DNA of 64,000 nucleotides from assembly GCA_963744715.1 (NCBI GenBank), contig CAVUUR010000007.1, positions 96,001 through 160,000 on the forward strand, in the 5' to 3' direction. Below, one piece after another: positions 61,452-64,000 of the stretch (the first letter of the stretch is position 1; each line of letters opens with the position of its first letter). A program made the position numbers and the translations under genes. The notes beneath the pieces are model-generated. The model was not told where the DNA came from and made no database searches. It saw nothing but the letters and a program-made list of their open reading frames with translations. The DNA comes from an uncultured bacterium (lineage in GTDB: Bacteria > Babelota > Babeliae > Babelales > JACPOV01).

Positions 61452-62498
61452 TTATTTAAATAACGCTTTCTTGTAAAAATCTAACTGCTCAAGTACCTTA
61501 CCAGCTCCCATTACCACACACAATAATGGATTATCTGCAACACGCACCTTCAAGCCGGTCGCTTTAGAAACTAATTTATCTAGTCCTTTTAACAAGGATC
61601 CTCCTCCAGCCATGGTAATGCCTCCTTTTTCTTGATCAAGAAGGTCTGAAGAAACTTCTGGTGGTGTATTCTCCAAGGCAACGTGAATAACATCAAGAAT
61701 CGTTGTTATAGTTTCAAGAAGCGATTCGTGCACTTCTAAGCTCGTTAATATAATTGTTTTAGGAACTCCGGTTATTAAGTCTCTGCCCCTCACTTCCATG
61801 CTTTCTGCATTGGCTTCAGGCATTACCGAACCAATTCTCATTTTAATTTGTTCCGCAGTTCGTTCGCCAATTAACAAATTATATTTTCGTTTTACGTATT
61901 GAACAATGGCTCGATCCATTTCGTCACCACCAACGCGTATTGACCGACAAAAAACAACATCTTTTAAGGTAATAATCGCAACTTCAGTGGTTCCTCCTCC
62001 AATATCAACAATCATACTTCCGCAAGGGTCTTGTACCGGTAAGCCTGCCCCTATTGCGGCCGCCATCGGTTCCATAATAGTATACACTTCGCGCGCGCCT
62101 GCCTGTTTTGCTGAATCTTCAATGGCACGCCGCTCAACTTGCGTAATACCGGAAGGAACTCCGATAATCATACGCGGACTTACCAACATACGGCGATTCC
62201 CATTAACTTTTCGAATAAAATAACGCAACATACTTTCAGTTAATTCAAAATTTGCTATAACGCCATCACGCATGGGGCGGCAAGCAATAATACTTTCTGG
62301 CGTTTTACCGAACATATCCTTTGCTTCTTGGCCAGCAGCAAGAACTTGATTTGTTTTAGCATCAACCGCAACTACCGTAGGCTCATTTAAAACTATACCT
62401 TCATTGCGCAAGTATATTAACGTATTAGCTGTGCCTAAATCTATAGCAAAATCATTTGAAAAAAAACTAAACAATTTTTCAGCGGGAAAAAACTTCAT
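61452..62498 (-). CDS. mreB: rod shape-determining protein
   Basis: IDLGTANT, RPMRDGVIA, EPMAAAIGAGLP, DIGGGTT. Confidence 0.97.
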   Translation of the reverse strand: MKFFPAEKLFSFFSNDFAIDLGTANTLIYLRNEGIVLNEPTVVAVDAKTNQVLAAGQEAKDMFGKTPESIIACRPMRDGVIANFELTESMLRYFIRKVNGNRRMLVSPRMIIGVPSGITQVERRAIEDSAKQAGAREVYTIMEPMAAAIGAGLPVQDPCGSMIVDIGGGTTEVAIITLKDVVFCRSIRVGGDEMDRAIVQYVKRKYNLLIGERTAEQIKMRIGSVMPEANAESMEVRGRDLITGVPKTIILTSLEVHESLLETITTILDVIHVALENTPPEVSSDLLDQEKGGITMAGGGSLLKGLDKLVSKATGLKVRVADNPLLCVVMGAGKVLEQLDFYKKALFK

Positions 62499-62517
62499 AA
62501 TATTTACCCTTGCTTCA

Positions 62518-63774
62518 TTAAAAGTTTAAAACCATACCAAAGGATATTCTATTCGTTCTACTCACTCTTTTTGCTATTGCAAATTTTACCGGAACATCCC
62601 ACATAAACCAGAAACTAGGCGCATAACAATTATCTCCTCTTACTTTAGCAAAATCATAAAAAACGTTAAGCGTTACATATTCCGAATTCCATGAATTTTG
62701 CCTATTAATTCTTTCTAAGGTTGCCATAGGTGATTTAATTTTTCGAGCATCTTCCCATAAATCATCAAAATGACTTATCACGGTATAATTTACTTGCACT
62801 CCCAAGCCATCTCTAATGTCTTCCATCGAAAAATAGCCGGAGGCCGCAAACGTTGGGCCTTGATGTACATCAATCTTACCAACCGTAACGCCAAATAATG
62901 ATTGTTCACCATTTAATGGTATGCGTTGTTTTTGTCTTTTGCCGAATCGTTGGCTAAACCGAGCATATCCACCAACTTTCCAATCTTCTTTTATTTCAAA
63001 TTCAAGATCGCCCTGAAAATAAATCCCGAAAAGACCATTTCCACCGTAAGGCAATGATGCTGGATTATCAATTTCGCGCGTAACTCCTGAGTTAATTAAT
63101 AATCCACATCGCAAACCAGCATCGATATGTCGGAATTTTAAAAAATAATCCCACAGTCCACCCCAACGGAGGTAGAAATCGATATCAGATATCCCCGCTT
63201 GTGTTGCTTTTGGAGCTTCAATACCCGTTTCTTCATTCATAAATCGACGTATTTGATCCAGTTTAATAATATCATCGGCGCTTAGCTCTAGGGTTGCAAT
63301 TGTTTCCTGTGATAACCTAAAACCTATGTGAGAAAACGTATGCATAAAAAACCATGAAAATCCCATTGAAAGGTTAGCGTGATTTTTCTTTGATGCCCAT
63401 AATGATTGATAATACGCAAAAGAAATACCTTCTCCCCGAATTCTACCATGCATATGCCAAGGAATAGGTCCTTGTAGATTAGGAAAATCAGTCGCTAAGG
63501 GATTTGGTTTACCCAATAATACAATAGCTTGCGCCACCTGATTTTGATTATATATACCGAAAATTTCTGGTATTCCACCCGAATCGTCGCTATTAATATA
63601 TGCTTCGTGAGCTGTTACAGCAAAAATATCTACGTAAGCATTTGACATCTTGTTCGCCGTTCTTGAAACGGTATGTGGCAATAATGGAAAAAATCGATTA
63701 TCAACCACCATTGCAGTTATAACATTAACTGAACAAAACAACCCTACACATAAAACATATTGCAATCTAGGCAT
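62518..63774 (-). CDS. hypothetical exported protein, possibly outer-membrane beta-barrel
   Basis: Signal peptide, amphipathic beta-strand patterns, terminal Phe. Confidence 0.65.
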   Translation of the reverse strand: MPRLQYVLCVGLFCSVNVITAMVVDNRFFPLLPHTVSRTANKMSNAYVDIFAVTAHEAYINSDDSGGIPEIFGIYNQNQVAQAIVLLGKPNPLATDFPNLQGPIPWHMHGRIRGEGISFAYYQSLWASKKNHANLSMGFSWFFMHTFSHIGFRLSQETIATLELSADDIIKLDQIRRFMNEETGIEAPKATQAGISDIDFYLRWGGLWDYFLKFRHIDAGLRCGLLINSGVTREIDNPASLPYGGNGLFGIYFQGDLEFEIKEDWKVGGYARFSQRFGKRQKQRIPLNGEQSLFGVTVGKIDVHQGPTFAASGYFSMEDIRDGLGVQVNYTVISHFDDLWEDARKIKSPMATLERINRQNSWNSEYVTLNVFYDFAKVRGDNCYAPSFWFMWDVPVKFAIAKRVSRTNRISFGMVLNF

Positions 63775-63819
63775 AAGAAAGATCCTAAAAAATAACTTTG
63801 ATCAGTATATTTGATTGAT

Positions 63820-63912
63820 TGGTGGAGAGAGGGGATTCGAACCCCCGATCCCACGTTAAATGGGATAACCGCTTTCGAGGTAGCCCGCTCTAAACTTCTC
63901 GGCCATCTGGCC
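63820..63912 (-). tRNA. degenerate/pseudo tRNA-Ser(CGA)
   Basis: Intact CTCGAAA loop, variable arm, GGTTCGAATCC and CCA; mismatched acceptor stem (GGCCAGA/TCTCTCC) and anticodon stem. Confidence 0.7.
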
Positions 63913-64000
63913 AGCATCCCATTCCTTTTTCTTCTAAGGCTTATATCAGCATACCGAATTCTCTTTTTTTTTAAAGACTTTTTGCTCGTAATAAAAAAAG

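Overview
A low-GC bacterial chromosomal segment. Its gene content points, by inference, to an intracellular protist parasite, most likely Candidatus Dependentiae (Babelota/TM6). The indicators are two tandem ADP/ATP translocases, many orphan signal-peptide proteins, ankyrin/F-box-like and cPLA2-like proteins, and few biosynthetic genes. Most of the window is housekeeping: thrS, nth, a XerC/D-family recombinase, mrdA, rpsB, lon, a P-type ATPase, arfB, tsaC, F0 ATP synthase genes, tmk, holB, rtcB/archease/thpR, dciA, murG, cmk, recJ, ddpX, ltaE, rsmA and mreB. RNA genes are tRNA-Ala(GGC), tRNA-Ser(GGA), SRP RNA and a degenerate tRNA-Ser(CGA). The most notable items are: (1) a 38-aa exported-peptide gene missing from the ORF track, divergent from a multi-TM sensor/degenerate AAA+/HTH one-component regulator, a candidate peptide-signalling system; (2) a polymorphic EndoU toxin locus with an unrecognised N-terminus, three paralogous immunity genes and two orphan toxin tips; (3) a four-hairpin fused ATP synthase c subunit; (4) a 56-aa histone-H1-like gene also missing from the ORF track; (5) an RNA-repair operon interleaved with ankyrin/F-box-like proteins. 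Four conserved genes (lon, cmk, ltaE, rsmA) carry small indels that are probably sequencing or assembly errors. No CRISPR array, rRNA or transposase was seen. All calls come from motif recognition by eye, with no database searches.
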